DNA from: Armatimonadota bacterium | GTDB lineage: Bacteria > Armatimonadota > Zipacnadia > Zipacnadales > Zipacnadaceae | Direction: 5' to 3' | NCBI GenBank assembly: GCA_036504235.1 | Contig: DASXVN010000046.1 | Coordinates: 138,812 to 202,811, forward strand | Length of the DNA stretch: 64,000 nt | Shown here: positions 27,312-36,887 of the stretch, one piece after another | How positions within the stretch are numbered: the stretch's first letter is position 1 | Layout of the letters: each line of letters starts with the position of its first letter | Notes under the pieces: model-generated | What the model saw: the letters and a program-made list of their open reading frames with translations, nothing else | Told to the model about the DNA's origin: nothing | Databases searched by the model: none | Made by a program: the position numbers and the translations under genes

Positions 27312-30300
27312 ATGTTCCGGAAACTCCTGTTCCTGCTCCTGGCCTCCCTAGCCCTCCCCGCCGTCGCTCAGCCCCCGGTAATTGGGTTCATCGCCATCGA
27401 TGCGGGGAAATACTACGCTGAGGAGCAGCGCTACTCCCCTTTCGCGACTCGCGTGCTTTATAAGAACGACTTCGGATTCGGTATGGGGGAGTACGAGTTG
27501 CTCTTTGGGGCACAGGCCAACGAACAGCGCACCTATGATATGCTGCGCCAGTTCAACGTGACGGTCATTGATACCCCCTTCGACCATAGCATCACTGAAC
27601 TGGGCCGGGCCCGCCAGGCGCAGGCCGCCGCCGCGCGCCACGCGCTGGAGCGCTACCTGCAAGAGGGCGGCAGTGCGCTGCTCCTTCTGCAGGCGGTGCG
27701 CTACCCGAACGATCTGGACCAGGACTTCGCGAACCTGGTGATCGCCGGTCTGGGCGTGCAGATGGTCCATGAAGGCGTCTTCGACGCGCAACGAGCTTTC
27801 CAGACGCCGATCGCCAGCATTTTTCAGCCGGAAGGGTTCTTCTGGACGGAGAATATCGTCAAGGATCATCCGGTAACCGCGAACGTCAAGCGGCTCTGCC
27901 TGCCGCAGAACCACAATGGGCAGACCCCCGGCGCGGTCGCCTTCACCTTGTCGCCGGAGTGGCAGGTCTTGGCGCGCGGCGAGGCTAGCGCGCAGAGCTA
28001 TAAGGTGACCCACGATTCGGTAACCGACTACAACCAGGTCGGTATGTACCAGACCGCGCCCCCTCTGGTCGCGGCGCGCAGCTTCGGCAAGGGGCGACTC
28101 GTCGTGTACAGCGTGCCCGCCCGCAGTGTATACACGAACTACGGCGTACCGGGCTGGAGTATGATCGTGGAAGAGACCGGCAATGCCGCGGCCAACCTGC
28201 TTAGCGATAGCGGAAAACTGGTGCTCAATGCCCTGAACTGGCTGGCGGAATCCTCGAAAGGCAACCCCAACCTGGGCACCTTTGCGGCCCAGGACACGGC
28301 CCGCGTGCAGTTCCCCCAGTCGTTGCAGTATGACGACGCCCAGTTCGAGGCCCCGGTGCCGGGCGTACGCGGCCTCTTCGGCGCCAAGACCGCCTTGAGC
28401 GACGGCGCCGGTACGGTGGAGCAATATGCGCAGGCGGCGAAAGCGGCCGGTCTCTCCTTTATCGTGTTCAATGAATCGCTGGAGAAGATGACGGCGGCGA
28501 AGCTGGCTCAGCTCCAGGCGGACTGCAAGCGCGTCTCGACCGAGGACTTCTACGCCTGTCCGGGCCTGGAATTCTCCGACGAGATGGGCAATCGCTGGGC
28601 CATCTGGTCCGACCGTCTGGTCTTTCCTCAGACCGAGTTCAAGCGCGCCTACATCCCGACCACGGCGGCTATGCCGGCGCTGCCCATGTGGGACGGGCAG
28701 GTGCTCCACAACACGGGCAAGTACTGGGAGTTGTGCGGCTATTCACCCAACATGCTGCTCACCTACCGGAACTTGCGCGCCCAGCAGGCGCATCCGGCGA
28801 ACATGTGGTGGTTCTACCGGGTGGCGCCCTATGTCTTTGATCGCGGCAAGCTGACCGAGGACAACTTCGACGAGTGGCTCTACGCCCTGCGCGATATCCG
28901 CCACGTTGACCCTGCCTCCTACACGCGCCTCTACGCTCCCGCCGAGGTGGCCGGGGCGGCGGCCACCTGTGTCACCGCCGGCCGCAACCTGCCGAATATG
29001 CGTGACTGGCTCAATACCCGCTGCGCCAACTACGGAAATCCCGCCTGCCCCTACGTCTCCACCGGCCCCCGCATTGAGCAGTGGGAGGCTAACAACAGCC
29101 AGTTCGACTCGCCACTCGACGTGCGCGGCGCGCAGCGCGCCCATGGCCGCTTCACCGTAGCCTCGCCGGACGGCATCCGCGAAGTGAGTATCCGCGATGC
29201 CAACTATGGCGTCCTTCGCCGCTATCTCGGCAATGGCCAGCCGACGCTCGCCCGGGAGTTTGAGTTGGCGCATGACCGGGACCACTACCTGACGCTGGTG
29301 GTTGTGGACGGCAAGGGTAAGGTCGCCGTCTCCGATGAGATCTACCTGTGGAACTACAAGACCTCGATGATGCGCTGCGGGGATAATCTGAACTTCCTAA
29401 ACGGCGTCGGCCTCTGCTGGCACCCGGATCGCAACGAGATGATGCCGCTGGCCCAGATGTACCAGGGCATGCCGGCGGAATCCATCGGGGGGTACGATAC
29501 CGCGGCGGCGCTGACCTCCCGCGGGGTGCTCGCTCTGTCTGCTCTCGACACCTCCCACACGGAAGAACTCAAGCAGTATCCCGTGCCGGGCTCGGGGGTA
29601 GTTCTGCGCAAGATCCTGGACGTCAAGCTACCCGGCCGGGACGTGAAGATCTGCGATATGACTATGGACCCGCTGGTGGAGTCCTACGACACGCCTAAGC
29701 GCGACACGCCGGCCCTGTGCGACGTGCCGACGGTGGTGCAGGAGAACCAACTCTTCGTCCGCACGCACCGAGCGTACTATCTGCAGAACCGGAACAACAT
29801 GTTCGTCACCTGGAACTACCGCCGCGCCCGCGAAGGCGCGGAGAACTACCGCGGTGGCCTGGTCTGGCATGAGGGCAAGATCACCTTCAAACGTGACGCC
29901 ACGCTGGCCGGCGCGGTGCCGGTTCCGCTCTTCTACCTCTCGCCTAACCAGGTCGAGGGCACGGCGACGGTGGTGCTGGTCCAGGACAGCCAGGGCGGCC
30001 CCACGATCTACCCGCTAACACCTGGCCAGCCCTTCGCGAAGGAGGGCCTGCTCGCCCCGGGCGGCTTCCTGACCGCCGGGCCTTGCGATACCTACCCGGT
30101 GATCTTCGGCGCCTCCGGCAGCACGCTGCGCTACAACGCCTTCGCCGACCCGGCGACGGGTCGGGTGAGCCAGATCGTGGTTGGGGTGGGGCAAGCCGGG
30201 CAGAATGTGGCCGCGGGCGAGTCCTTGCCGTACCGTTTCGCCGTCGCCTCCCTGGGCGGCCCGCGGAAGACCTCGGAGGAATACGTCGCGCAGTTCGAGG

Positions 30301-30821
30301 ACCTGGGGGAGAGCTTCGGCCTGGGGGGCGGCGAGCGGGGCGTGAAGTCAACGGTCTCCGCCGGAACGCTCGTTTCCCGGGAGGTCTTCTACACGCTGCA
30401 AGCCGCGGCGGGGGAAGCCGCCTGCCGGATTGAGCCGCGGGCGACGATCATCGACCTGCCCTTCTGCGTGCAGGGAGTCGAGGACAACGGCTGCGCCGCT
30501 GTGTTCAGCTCGGCGCGTCCCTGGTTCCGCCCCGTCGGCGTCGCCGAGGGCAAAGCCTACTTCCAGGAGAACGTGGACCGGGGCTCCGAGATCTGGGCGG
30601 GCAATGTGTTCCTCTGCGACGATAAGTCGGTCCGCTTGACGCTGGTGGCGGACGGCCTGGCCGAGGGCCGGGCGCCGTTCCTGGAAGTCCACAATCCGAC
30701 GGATAAGCCGATCACGGCGCGCGTCTGGTCGCCGCAGCATGCCCCGCTTTTCGGTGGCTACCAGAGCACGCCCACCCTCCCCGCGGGCTCAAGTCTCATG
30801 CTCACCCTCACGAAGAAGTAG
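27312..30821 (+). CDS. giant secreted protein of unknown function (1,169 aa) with an N-terminal GATase1-like module
   Basis: ATG 27312 follows GGAGGAAG, and the signal peptide is 'MFRKLLFLLLASLALPAVAQ'. 'ALERYLQEGGSALLLLQAVRY' matches the module seen in the GH2/GH42-like proteins. A canonical terminator follows the gene. Confidence 0.7.
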   Translation: MFRKLLFLLLASLALPAVAQPPVIGFIAIDAGKYYAEEQRYSPFATRVLYKNDFGFGMGEYELLFGAQANEQRTYDMLRQFNVTVIDTPFDHSITELGRARQAQAAAARHALERYLQEGGSALLLLQAVRYPNDLDQDFANLVIAGLGVQMVHEGVFDAQRAFQTPIASIFQPEGFFWTENIVKDHPVTANVKRLCLPQNHNGQTPGAVAFTLSPEWQVLARGEASAQSYKVTHDSVTDYNQVGMYQTAPPLVAARSFGKGRLVVYSVPARSVYTNYGVPGWSMIVEETGNAAANLLSDSGKLVLNALNWLAESSKGNPNLGTFAAQDTARVQFPQSLQYDDAQFEAPVPGVRGLFGAKTALSDGAGTVEQYAQAAKAAGLSFIVFNESLEKMTAAKLAQLQADCKRVSTEDFYACPGLEFSDEMGNRWAIWSDRLVFPQTEFKRAYIPTTAAMPALPMWDGQVLHNTGKYWELCGYSPNMLLTYRNLRAQQAHPANMWWFYRVAPYVFDRGKLTEDNFDEWLYALRDIRHVDPASYTRLYAPAEVAGAAATCVTAGRNLPNMRDWLNTRCANYGNPACPYVSTGPRIEQWEANNSQFDSPLDVRGAQRAHGRFTVASPDGIREVSIRDANYGVLRRYLGNGQPTLAREFELAHDRDHYLTLVVVDGKGKVAVSDEIYLWNYKTSMMRCGDNLNFLNGVGLCWHPDRNEMMPLAQMYQGMPAESIGGYDTAAALTSRGVLALSALDTSHTEELKQYPVPGSGVVLRKILDVKLPGRDVKICDMTMDPLVESYDTPKRDTPALCDVPTVVQENQLFVRTHRAYYLQNRNNMFVTWNYRRAREGAENYRGGLVWHEGKITFKRDATLAGAVPVPLFYLSPNQVEGTATVVLVQDSQGGPTIYPLTPGQPFAKEGLLAPGGFLTAGPCDTYPVIFGASGSTLRYNAFADPATGRVSQIVVGVGQAGQNVAAGESLPYRFAVASLGGPRKTSEEYVAQFEDLGESFGLGGGERGVKSTVSAGTLVSREVFYTLQAAAGEAACRIEPRATIIDLPFCVQGVEDNGCAAVFSSARPWFRPVGVAEGKAYFQENVDRGSEIWAGNVFLCDDKSVRLTLVADGLAEGRAPFLEVHNPTDKPITARVWSPQHAPLFGGYQSTPTLPAGSSLMLTLTKK

Positions 30822-30866
30822 GGGTGAGGGGGACGGGGTCCTGCGGGTGACTTGCGCCACGAATAA

Positions 30867-30901
30867 GCCCTCCCTCATCGCTGAGGGAGGGCTGTTTGGT
30901 T
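30867..30901 (+). terminator. rho-independent terminator after the 27312..30821 gene
   Basis: Perfect 11-bp stem gccctccctca/tgagggagggc with a tcgc loop, followed by tgtttggtt. Confidence 0.7.
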
Positions 30902-31038
30902 CAGGTGCTCGCGGGAGCTGTCGTTAGCCCGCCGCTCCGCCGCGCGCCACGCAGGAATACCGGGGGGGACGGCGAATCCCCCTGCAGTCAGACTGCCTGG
31001 ACCCTACCCATACCCTGACTCTCGCAGGAGGCCGGCCC

Positions 31039-32874
31039 GTGCTCAAGCATCTGCTCTTCGCTGCCCTTATCCTCGCCACCCTCGCACCCGTCTGCGCGCA
31101 GCAGCCGGTGAGCGTCTCCCTGTGGCCCGACAAGGTGCTCTACACCCCCGGCGAGACCGCCCAGTTCGCGGTCACGGTGACCAACTCCGGACCGGGCGCG
31201 GTCGCCGGGACGCTCGCGGCCCGGGTGCTCTGGGAGATGGACGATGCGCAGAAGCTGCCCGAGCAGGCGGTGACGGTCGCGCCGGGCGAGACAAAGAAGC
31301 TGACCTTCACCTGGAAGACGCGCGACGTCCTGGGCTGCGAGGCGCGTGCAGAACTGGTGGTGGATGGACGGACGGTGGCGGCAGGCGCCGAGTACTTCAA
31401 TGTCTGCCCGCAGAAGGAAGTGTTGCGCGTCAGCCTGCATGGCGAGTACCCGGACCTGTTCACCTACAACACCCCGGAGTACTTGGCCTCCCTTCCCGCC
31501 AAGGTGGGATCGCTGCGCCGGGCTTACTGCAACGTGATGGAGTTCTTCGGCTGGTGTCCGGACAACTTCGCCAATCTAGCGCCCGCCGGCGATCTGTGGG
31601 CCAACTCATACTACGAGAGCAAAACCGCGCTGCAAGCGGCGGTCGCGGAGGGCCACGCCCAGGGGGTGCGGTCGCTGCACTATGCGGCGGGCTACACCTG
31701 GTCGCGGCCTGGGTATGACCTGGTCCGCGAGCACCCGGAGTTCGCGGTGTACGACACCCTGGGGCGGCCGCAGGCGGGCGGGACCCTGAACGTCGAGTCG
31801 GCGGACTTCGGGGCGCATCCGGACGTGCGGGCCGGGTACAACGCGACGGGGGCCTGCTGGCAAGGGGCGTTCTTCAACTTTGCCCGGCGCGATACGGTGG
31901 ACTGGGGCATCCAGCAACTCCTGGCGAGTAAGCGGATGTTCGGTTGGGACGGCGTGCGCTTTGACGGGCATTTTGTGGTGCCCACGGCTTACATGGCCGG
32001 CGGCCGTGACCTCGACGGCACGCCGATTCCCAGTGGGGAAGAGGGCGAGAAGATCACCGCCGCCAACACGCTGTACACCAAGCAGCAGGTCTTCAAGGTC
32101 TTCCCGGACTACCTGTTTATGTACAACGGCGCGACCTATGACGCGGTCCACAATCGGCCGCTGCCCGACGGGGTCTCGATGGCCTCCCAGGGGGGGCTGG
32201 TGACGGACGAGTCGTACCGGACCTACTACGAGGTGGTCAGCGCCTGGAACTCGTGGAAGGCCTTTGCAGGGCGCATGGTGCAGGAGGCCGACCGCTGCCG
32301 GGCCAATGGCGGCTTCGCCGGCGGCTACCTGCCCCCGCCGTGGTGCGTCAACCCCGCCGTGGACCGCCTCCAGTACTGCCTGCTATTTGCGGCGCAGAAC
32401 CACCCCTTCTTCAGCTTCCCCGCCCAGGATCGCCCGCAGGATGTGGGCGGCACGCACTTCCCCATTCAGAAGGATATCTTCCGTTTTGCCACGCGTTTCT
32501 CGGCCTTCCTCTGGGGGCGCGAGCAGGAGCGGGTCCCCGACCCGGACCAGGTGGTGAGCGTGAGCACGGCCGGGAAGGTGTGGTGGCGTGACTACGTCTA
32601 CGAACGGCGGCGACCGGACGGGCGCCGGTTCCTGATCGTCCAGCTTATCAACGAGCCGCCGACGGAGTTCATCCAGGCGGAGAAGCAGCAGCTCCCGCAG
32701 CCCTTGGCGGACGTGACGGTGAAATTCACCCACCCGGTGAAGCAGGCGTGGGTGGCCTCCGCAGAGCCGGAACTGAACTACCAGAGGGTAGAGGCCCCCG
32801 GCGGCGCGGTCCGGGTGCCGCGACTCGCCGTGTGGACCATGGTTGTCGCCGAGATGGGAGGGGAGACCCGATGA
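31039..32874 (+). CDS. secreted glycoside-hydrolase-like TIM-barrel protein (GHL-type, family unassigned)
   Basis: GTG 31039 is 7 nt after GCAGGAGG, and the signal peptide is 'MLKHLLFAALILATLAPVCA'. 'FGWDGVRFDGHF' and the surrounding region resemble glycoside-hydrolase-like families. Confidence 0.6.
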   Translation: MLKHLLFAALILATLAPVCAQQPVSVSLWPDKVLYTPGETAQFAVTVTNSGPGAVAGTLAARVLWEMDDAQKLPEQAVTVAPGETKKLTFTWKTRDVLGCEARAELVVDGRTVAAGAEYFNVCPQKEVLRVSLHGEYPDLFTYNTPEYLASLPAKVGSLRRAYCNVMEFFGWCPDNFANLAPAGDLWANSYYESKTALQAAVAEGHAQGVRSLHYAAGYTWSRPGYDLVREHPEFAVYDTLGRPQAGGTLNVESADFGAHPDVRAGYNATGACWQGAFFNFARRDTVDWGIQQLLASKRMFGWDGVRFDGHFVVPTAYMAGGRDLDGTPIPSGEEGEKITAANTLYTKQQVFKVFPDYLFMYNGATYDAVHNRPLPDGVSMASQGGLVTDESYRTYYEVVSAWNSWKAFAGRMVQEADRCRANGGFAGGYLPPPWCVNPAVDRLQYCLLFAAQNHPFFSFPAQDRPQDVGGTHFPIQKDIFRFATRFSAFLWGREQERVPDPDQVVSVSTAGKVWWRDYVYERRRPDGRRFLIVQLINEPPTEFIQAEKQQLPQPLADVTVKFTHPVKQAWVASAEPELNYQRVEAPGGAVRVPRLAVWTMVVAEMGGETR

Positions 32875-34832
32875 AGCAGGCTCTGATGCTCACTATGGTG
32901 CTGCTGTGCGCCTGGCCGGCTCTGCCCGGGCGGGCGGAGGTGTCCCTGACCGAAGTGCCCGCCGCGGGCCAGACGCATTTGCAGATGAAGAACGAGTTCT
33001 TCAGCCTGGAGATCTGGCCGGAGCTGGGGGCGCAGGCGCGGTCCTTCCTGACGCGCTACAGCGACCGCGAGTGGTGCTTCCCCGGCGACAACGCGGGACA
33101 CGGAGCGCTGCTGCGAGACTGCTTCGTGGGGACCGGGTATCCGAACAACGAGTTGGTCATGCTCCCGCGTACTTACGAGGTGGCGCAGGACACCCCCCAG
33201 CGGGCCGTGGTCAAGTTCCGAGGGACCTTGCCGAGCGGGCTGGTGATCAACAAGCAGGTCACCATGGAAGCGGACAGCCCGGTGCTGGGCGTGGATTTCG
33301 GCATGAACAACGCCACCGGCGCCTCGGTGAGCAAGGGCCTGTGGGCCAAGTCCGATATCTACGTCTCGGGCCTGCGGCCGGACAACCACTACTTCCGCCC
33401 GGAGGTGCGCGGCGTCAACGTCAGCGGCTGGGACGAGAAGCTGGGCCAGATGCAAGGGGAGGACTTCATTCGTAGCCCCTATGAGGGCTGGTCGGCGGCG
33501 ATCAACACCGGCACCAAAGAGGGCCTGGTGTGGCTGATGGACTACAACTGGCTCAAGTGGTTGTACAACTGCAACACTGCCTGGACGGCGGAGTGGTTCT
33601 ACGACACGGTGACGCTGCCCCCCGGGCAGGCCTGGACCACCCATTACGACATGATCCTGGTCCAGGGGTTCGCGAGTGTCTGCCACGCCTCGGAGAATTT
33701 CATTGCGGGGATGAGCCTGAGCCCGGCGCCGACTTTCGCCGCTACCAAGGGCCCGGCGCCGGTCATCCTGACGCACACCCTGAGCCGGTCGAAGCTGGGG
33801 GCGCTGCAGGGGGCGCGCCTGACGGGGAGACTGCGGGAGGTCGACACCGGCGTGGTGCATGACCTGGAGCCGGTGGAGGTGGGCGACCTGACCTGGGAGC
33901 CGAAGACCGTCCGGCAGACCGTGACCGTGGACCCGGATATCCGCGTGGTGGCCGAGGTCACCCTGACCGCCACCGGTCCGGCGGGGCAGGCGATCAGCGA
34001 ACCGTATCAGTACTACTGGCCCGGCGTGAGCGGAGAGAAGTTCAACCTGCTCGCGGGGGCGGCGGTCACCACCTACTACCGCGCGGCTCCGCCCAAGACT
34101 AAGGTCTACCCCAAGCCGGCGAACCTCACCTACTACCGCAAGCCCGAGGTGAAGATGCTCGACTTCCGGGGCTCGTACCACGAGGTGTGGAAGGTCCCGG
34201 AGGCGGCGACCCGGGCCGGGGTGCAGGACATCCGCGGCTCCTATTTCCGCACCGAGCCCTCCTTTGGCAGCGCGCTGTCGTACCTGCCCGAGGGCTTCGA
34301 GCAGTGGTTCGACTACGACCTGATCGTCCTCAATAACGTGGACGCCGAGAGCCTGACCGACTTCGGCAGGGAGGCCCTGCGCGACTTCGTCAGGGCGGGC
34401 GGCAGCCTGCTGGTGCTGGGCGGGTTCTACGCCTACGGCGGCGGGGGCTACGCCGGGACGCAACTGGAGGAAGTCCTGCCCGTGGAGATGAACCCCAAGA
34501 TCGCGCGCCTGCAGCCCTTGCCGAACGGGAAGCTGCGGGTGAGCGGGACGGCGCGGGCGCTCGCCGGGAGGCGGTTGTCCGCCGCTCCGACCTGCTTCTG
34601 GTGGCAGGAGGGCAAGGCGAAGCCTGGGGCGTGGGTGGAACTCATGGCCGGGGAGAAGCCCTTCCTGGTCTGCGGAACGTACGGCCAGGGGCGCGTCGCG
34701 GCCGCGCTCGGGAACGTCTGCGGCAAGTCCCAGCCTGGCCGGCTGGCCTTCTGGGAGGACCCCGAGTGGGTCCCGACGCTGGGCAAGGTCGTGCGGTGGC
34801 TGGTGTTCGGGGAAGAGAAGCAGAGCAAGTAG
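32871..34832 (+). CDS. secreted protein with a C-terminal GATase1-like (ThuA/beta-gal-trimerisation-like) domain
   Basis: ATG 32871 overlaps the upstream stop as ATGA and follows GGGAGGGGAG. Signal peptide 'MKQALMLTMVLLCAWPALPGRA'. C-terminus 'FDYDLIVLNNVDAESLTDFGREALRDFVRAGGSLLVLGGFYAYGGG'. Confidence 0.65.
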   Translation: MKQALMLTMVLLCAWPALPGRAEVSLTEVPAAGQTHLQMKNEFFSLEIWPELGAQARSFLTRYSDREWCFPGDNAGHGALLRDCFVGTGYPNNELVMLPRTYEVAQDTPQRAVVKFRGTLPSGLVINKQVTMEADSPVLGVDFGMNNATGASVSKGLWAKSDIYVSGLRPDNHYFRPEVRGVNVSGWDEKLGQMQGEDFIRSPYEGWSAAINTGTKEGLVWLMDYNWLKWLYNCNTAWTAEWFYDTVTLPPGQAWTTHYDMILVQGFASVCHASENFIAGMSLSPAPTFAATKGPAPVILTHTLSRSKLGALQGARLTGRLREVDTGVVHDLEPVEVGDLTWEPKTVRQTVTVDPDIRVVAEVTLTATGPAGQAISEPYQYYWPGVSGEKFNLLAGAAVTTYYRAAPPKTKVYPKPANLTYYRKPEVKMLDFRGSYHEVWKVPEAATRAGVQDIRGSYFRTEPSFGSALSYLPEGFEQWFDYDLIVLNNVDAESLTDFGREALRDFVRAGGSLLVLGGFYAYGGGGYAGTQLEEVLPVEMNPKIARLQPLPNGKLRVSGTARALAGRRLSAAPTCFWWQEGKAKPGAWVELMAGEKPFLVCGTYGQGRVAAALGNVCGKSQPGRLAFWEDPEWVPTLGKVVRWLVFGEEKQSK

Positions 34833-34911
34833 CCGATGAGAGTCGTGGAAACAGGACCGGGGAGGCGCTACGCAAAGCTTCGCGCGCCTCCGTTAGAAAG
34901 GTGAATCATTG

Positions 34912-36702
34912 ATGTCGACTTTTGAGGAACTCAGACAACAGGCCTTCGTGACGGAGGCGCAGGCGGCCCTGGCGAAGATGGACGTTGAAGCGGGCTTGAT
35001 TCCGGCCCCCCCCATGGCGCATTCCGCCGGACCGCACAGCCTGTCGCGGGGGTATGACATCCGCAGCAGTGGCGAGGCGATCTGCCCCTTGGCGATGTCC
35101 GGTCACCTGGAGGAGGCCTGGCGGTCGCTGAGTGCCGTGCTCGACTACCAGGACCTGGACCCGCGCAGCCTGACCTACGGGAACTTCTTCTGGTACAGCG
35201 GCTGGGACCGCGTGCTGGACCCCAACGCCATTTCCTTCCTGGTGCCGCACCTGTGTTACGTCTTGAAGCACAAATGCTCCGAGATGCCGTCGGCCTTGCA
35301 GGCCCGTTTGGGGGAGGCCCTGGCGCTGGCCGTCAACGGTCTCAATGCGCAGCGCATCACCTGGGGGTACACCAACATCGCCCTCTTGAGCATGGCCTCG
35401 AAGATGATGATCAGCGACGTGCTGGACGATCCGCGCGCCTACAAGCTGGCCTGCTGGGACTGGGAGGAATGGCGCAACCACACCGGGCGGCTCACCGCGA
35501 TCACCGAGTACAACTCCCTGACCTACACCTGGGTGCAGGTCCATGCGCTCGCGATGATGCTGTCCTGCCCGGCCGATGAGGTGCTGCTGCGCGAGGTGCG
35601 GATGGTCATGCGCCAGTTGATTACCTCCGTCGTCGTGGACTATCACCCGGTCATTGGCCGGATCACCGGCCCGCAGTCGCGCGCGTATCTCAACGACCGC
35701 CGCTACCGGGGCCGCTCGCACATGGACGCGGTGCTGCACTACGTGCTGGGCACGCCGCTGGCGCAGAACTCGGTCTGGCTGGGGGCGCCGATCGGGCCGG
35801 AGGACATACTGCCGCCCGGTCGGAACCTCTCCCTGCCGCGTACCACTCGGGCCGCGACGCACGGCTTCTCGCGCACCAACTACCTGGCGCCGGATTTCGC
35901 CCTGGGAGCCGCCTCCGGGCGGGCGGGCTGGATCGGGCACGAGGCGCCCTTCTTCCTGGCCTACCGGGCCGAATCGCCTCGGTGCACGGTCCCGATCGCC
36001 ACGAGGCCCTGGCCCCACGCGAGCTACGCCAGCCTGCAGGACGGGTTGCTGCTGGGCGGCAGCGTCTGGCTGCTCGACGCGACCGGTCGCCCGCCCACGC
36101 GCAAGCCCGACGATTGGCGCGGGGTCATGAGCGGCCTGAATACCGGTCGCCCGGATGATCTGCTCGAGGACCCGACGGTCCGTCCCGGCTATGTGCTGGA
36201 ACTTGGACTCCGCGGGCAGGTGCGTGTGTTTGGCGCAGACGGCCAGGAGATCACCGACTTCACGGCTTCGCTTGCGGGTGCGGCCCTGGCCCTGGAGACG
36301 GAGAGCGTGGTCGTGGGCCTGCGCTTCCTGTGCGCGGGAGACTCCGCGCCGACGTTGTCGCTGGGCGAGGAAGAGGACGGCGAAATCGTGCTGACGGTGC
36401 GGGGGAGCCGGGAAGGGCGAGCCGCCAGCGCCCGCGAAACCGCTACCTTCGGCGCGTTCCTGCTGGACGTGCAGTCGCGCACGCCGGACTCCGATCCCGC
36501 GGCCGTCGCCCGGCGCATGGCGGCGGCTTCGATCCGCGTGGAGGAGGCGCCGGGGGCGTGGCAGGTCGCGGCTCCTGGGCGGGACAACGCCGAGTTGACC
36601 CTCGCGCTGCCTTTCACCCCGGACTGCTTCTACTCGGTGGATAACGAGGCCCTGACCGCCAATCAGTGGGCCGCTTCCCTGCGCGAAGCGCCGCAGTCCT
36701 AA
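34912..36702 (+). CDS. cytoplasmic hypothetical protein (596 aa), possibly an alpha/alpha-toroid enzyme
   Basis: ATG 34912 is 7 nt after GAAAGGTG. No signal peptide. No confident motif. The fold guess is speculative. Confidence 0.55.
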   Translation: MSTFEELRQQAFVTEAQAALAKMDVEAGLIPAPPMAHSAGPHSLSRGYDIRSSGEAICPLAMSGHLEEAWRSLSAVLDYQDLDPRSLTYGNFFWYSGWDRVLDPNAISFLVPHLCYVLKHKCSEMPSALQARLGEALALAVNGLNAQRITWGYTNIALLSMASKMMISDVLDDPRAYKLACWDWEEWRNHTGRLTAITEYNSLTYTWVQVHALAMMLSCPADEVLLREVRMVMRQLITSVVVDYHPVIGRITGPQSRAYLNDRRYRGRSHMDAVLHYVLGTPLAQNSVWLGAPIGPEDILPPGRNLSLPRTTRAATHGFSRTNYLAPDFALGAASGRAGWIGHEAPFFLAYRAESPRCTVPIATRPWPHASYASLQDGLLLGGSVWLLDATGRPPTRKPDDWRGVMSGLNTGRPDDLLEDPTVRPGYVLELGLRGQVRVFGADGQEITDFTASLAGAALALETESVVVGLRFLCAGDSAPTLSLGEEEDGEIVLTVRGSREGRAASARETATFGAFLLDVQSRTPDSDPAAVARRMAAASIRVEEAPGAWQVAAPGRDNAELTLALPFTPDCFYSVDNEALTANQWAASLREAPQS

Positions 36703-36728
36703 AGTACCCGGCAGGCACTCCCCTCAGC

Positions 36729-36768
36729 GAGGTGTGACGCAATTCCTTCAGGATTTACGTCACACCTC
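36729..36768 (+). terminator. perfect 11-bp hairpin 27 nt downstream of the 34912..36702 gene and upstream of the carB promoter candidate
   Basis: gaggtgtgacg/cgtcacacctc with an 18-nt loop. No U-tract follows. Confidence 0.35.
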
Positions 36769-36790
36769 CCGCTTATGCCCCCGCCCCCCC

Positions 36791-36819
36791 TTGCCCGCGC
36801 CTGGTTTACCCGGTACAAT
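36791..36819 (+). promoter_or_regulatory. candidate promoter for carB (TTGCCC-17 nt-TACAAT)
   Basis: TTGCCC at 36791-36796, a 17-nt spacer, TACAAT at 36814-36819, about 70 nt upstream of the carB ATG. Confidence 0.3.
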
Positions 36820-36887
36820 ACTCTCCCGGAAGGCGCCTCGTTTCTGCCCCTTACTTCCTCCGTGCGCGCCTGTCCTAAGGAGCCTCC

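Noticed and set aside
27348-28709. 453-aa minus-strand ORF
   Set aside because: Antisense to the 27312..30821 secreted-protein gene, which has a signal peptide, an SD and a terminator.
32778-36018. Minus-strand ORFs 32778..34463 and 34906..36018
   Set aside because: Antisense to co-directional plus-strand genes that have SDs and signal peptides.
36729-36768. TGTGACG...CGTCACA read as a CRP/FNR-type operator
   Set aside because: The half-sites are 18 nt apart, not 6, and pair perfectly as an 11-bp stem. A hairpin is the simpler reading.
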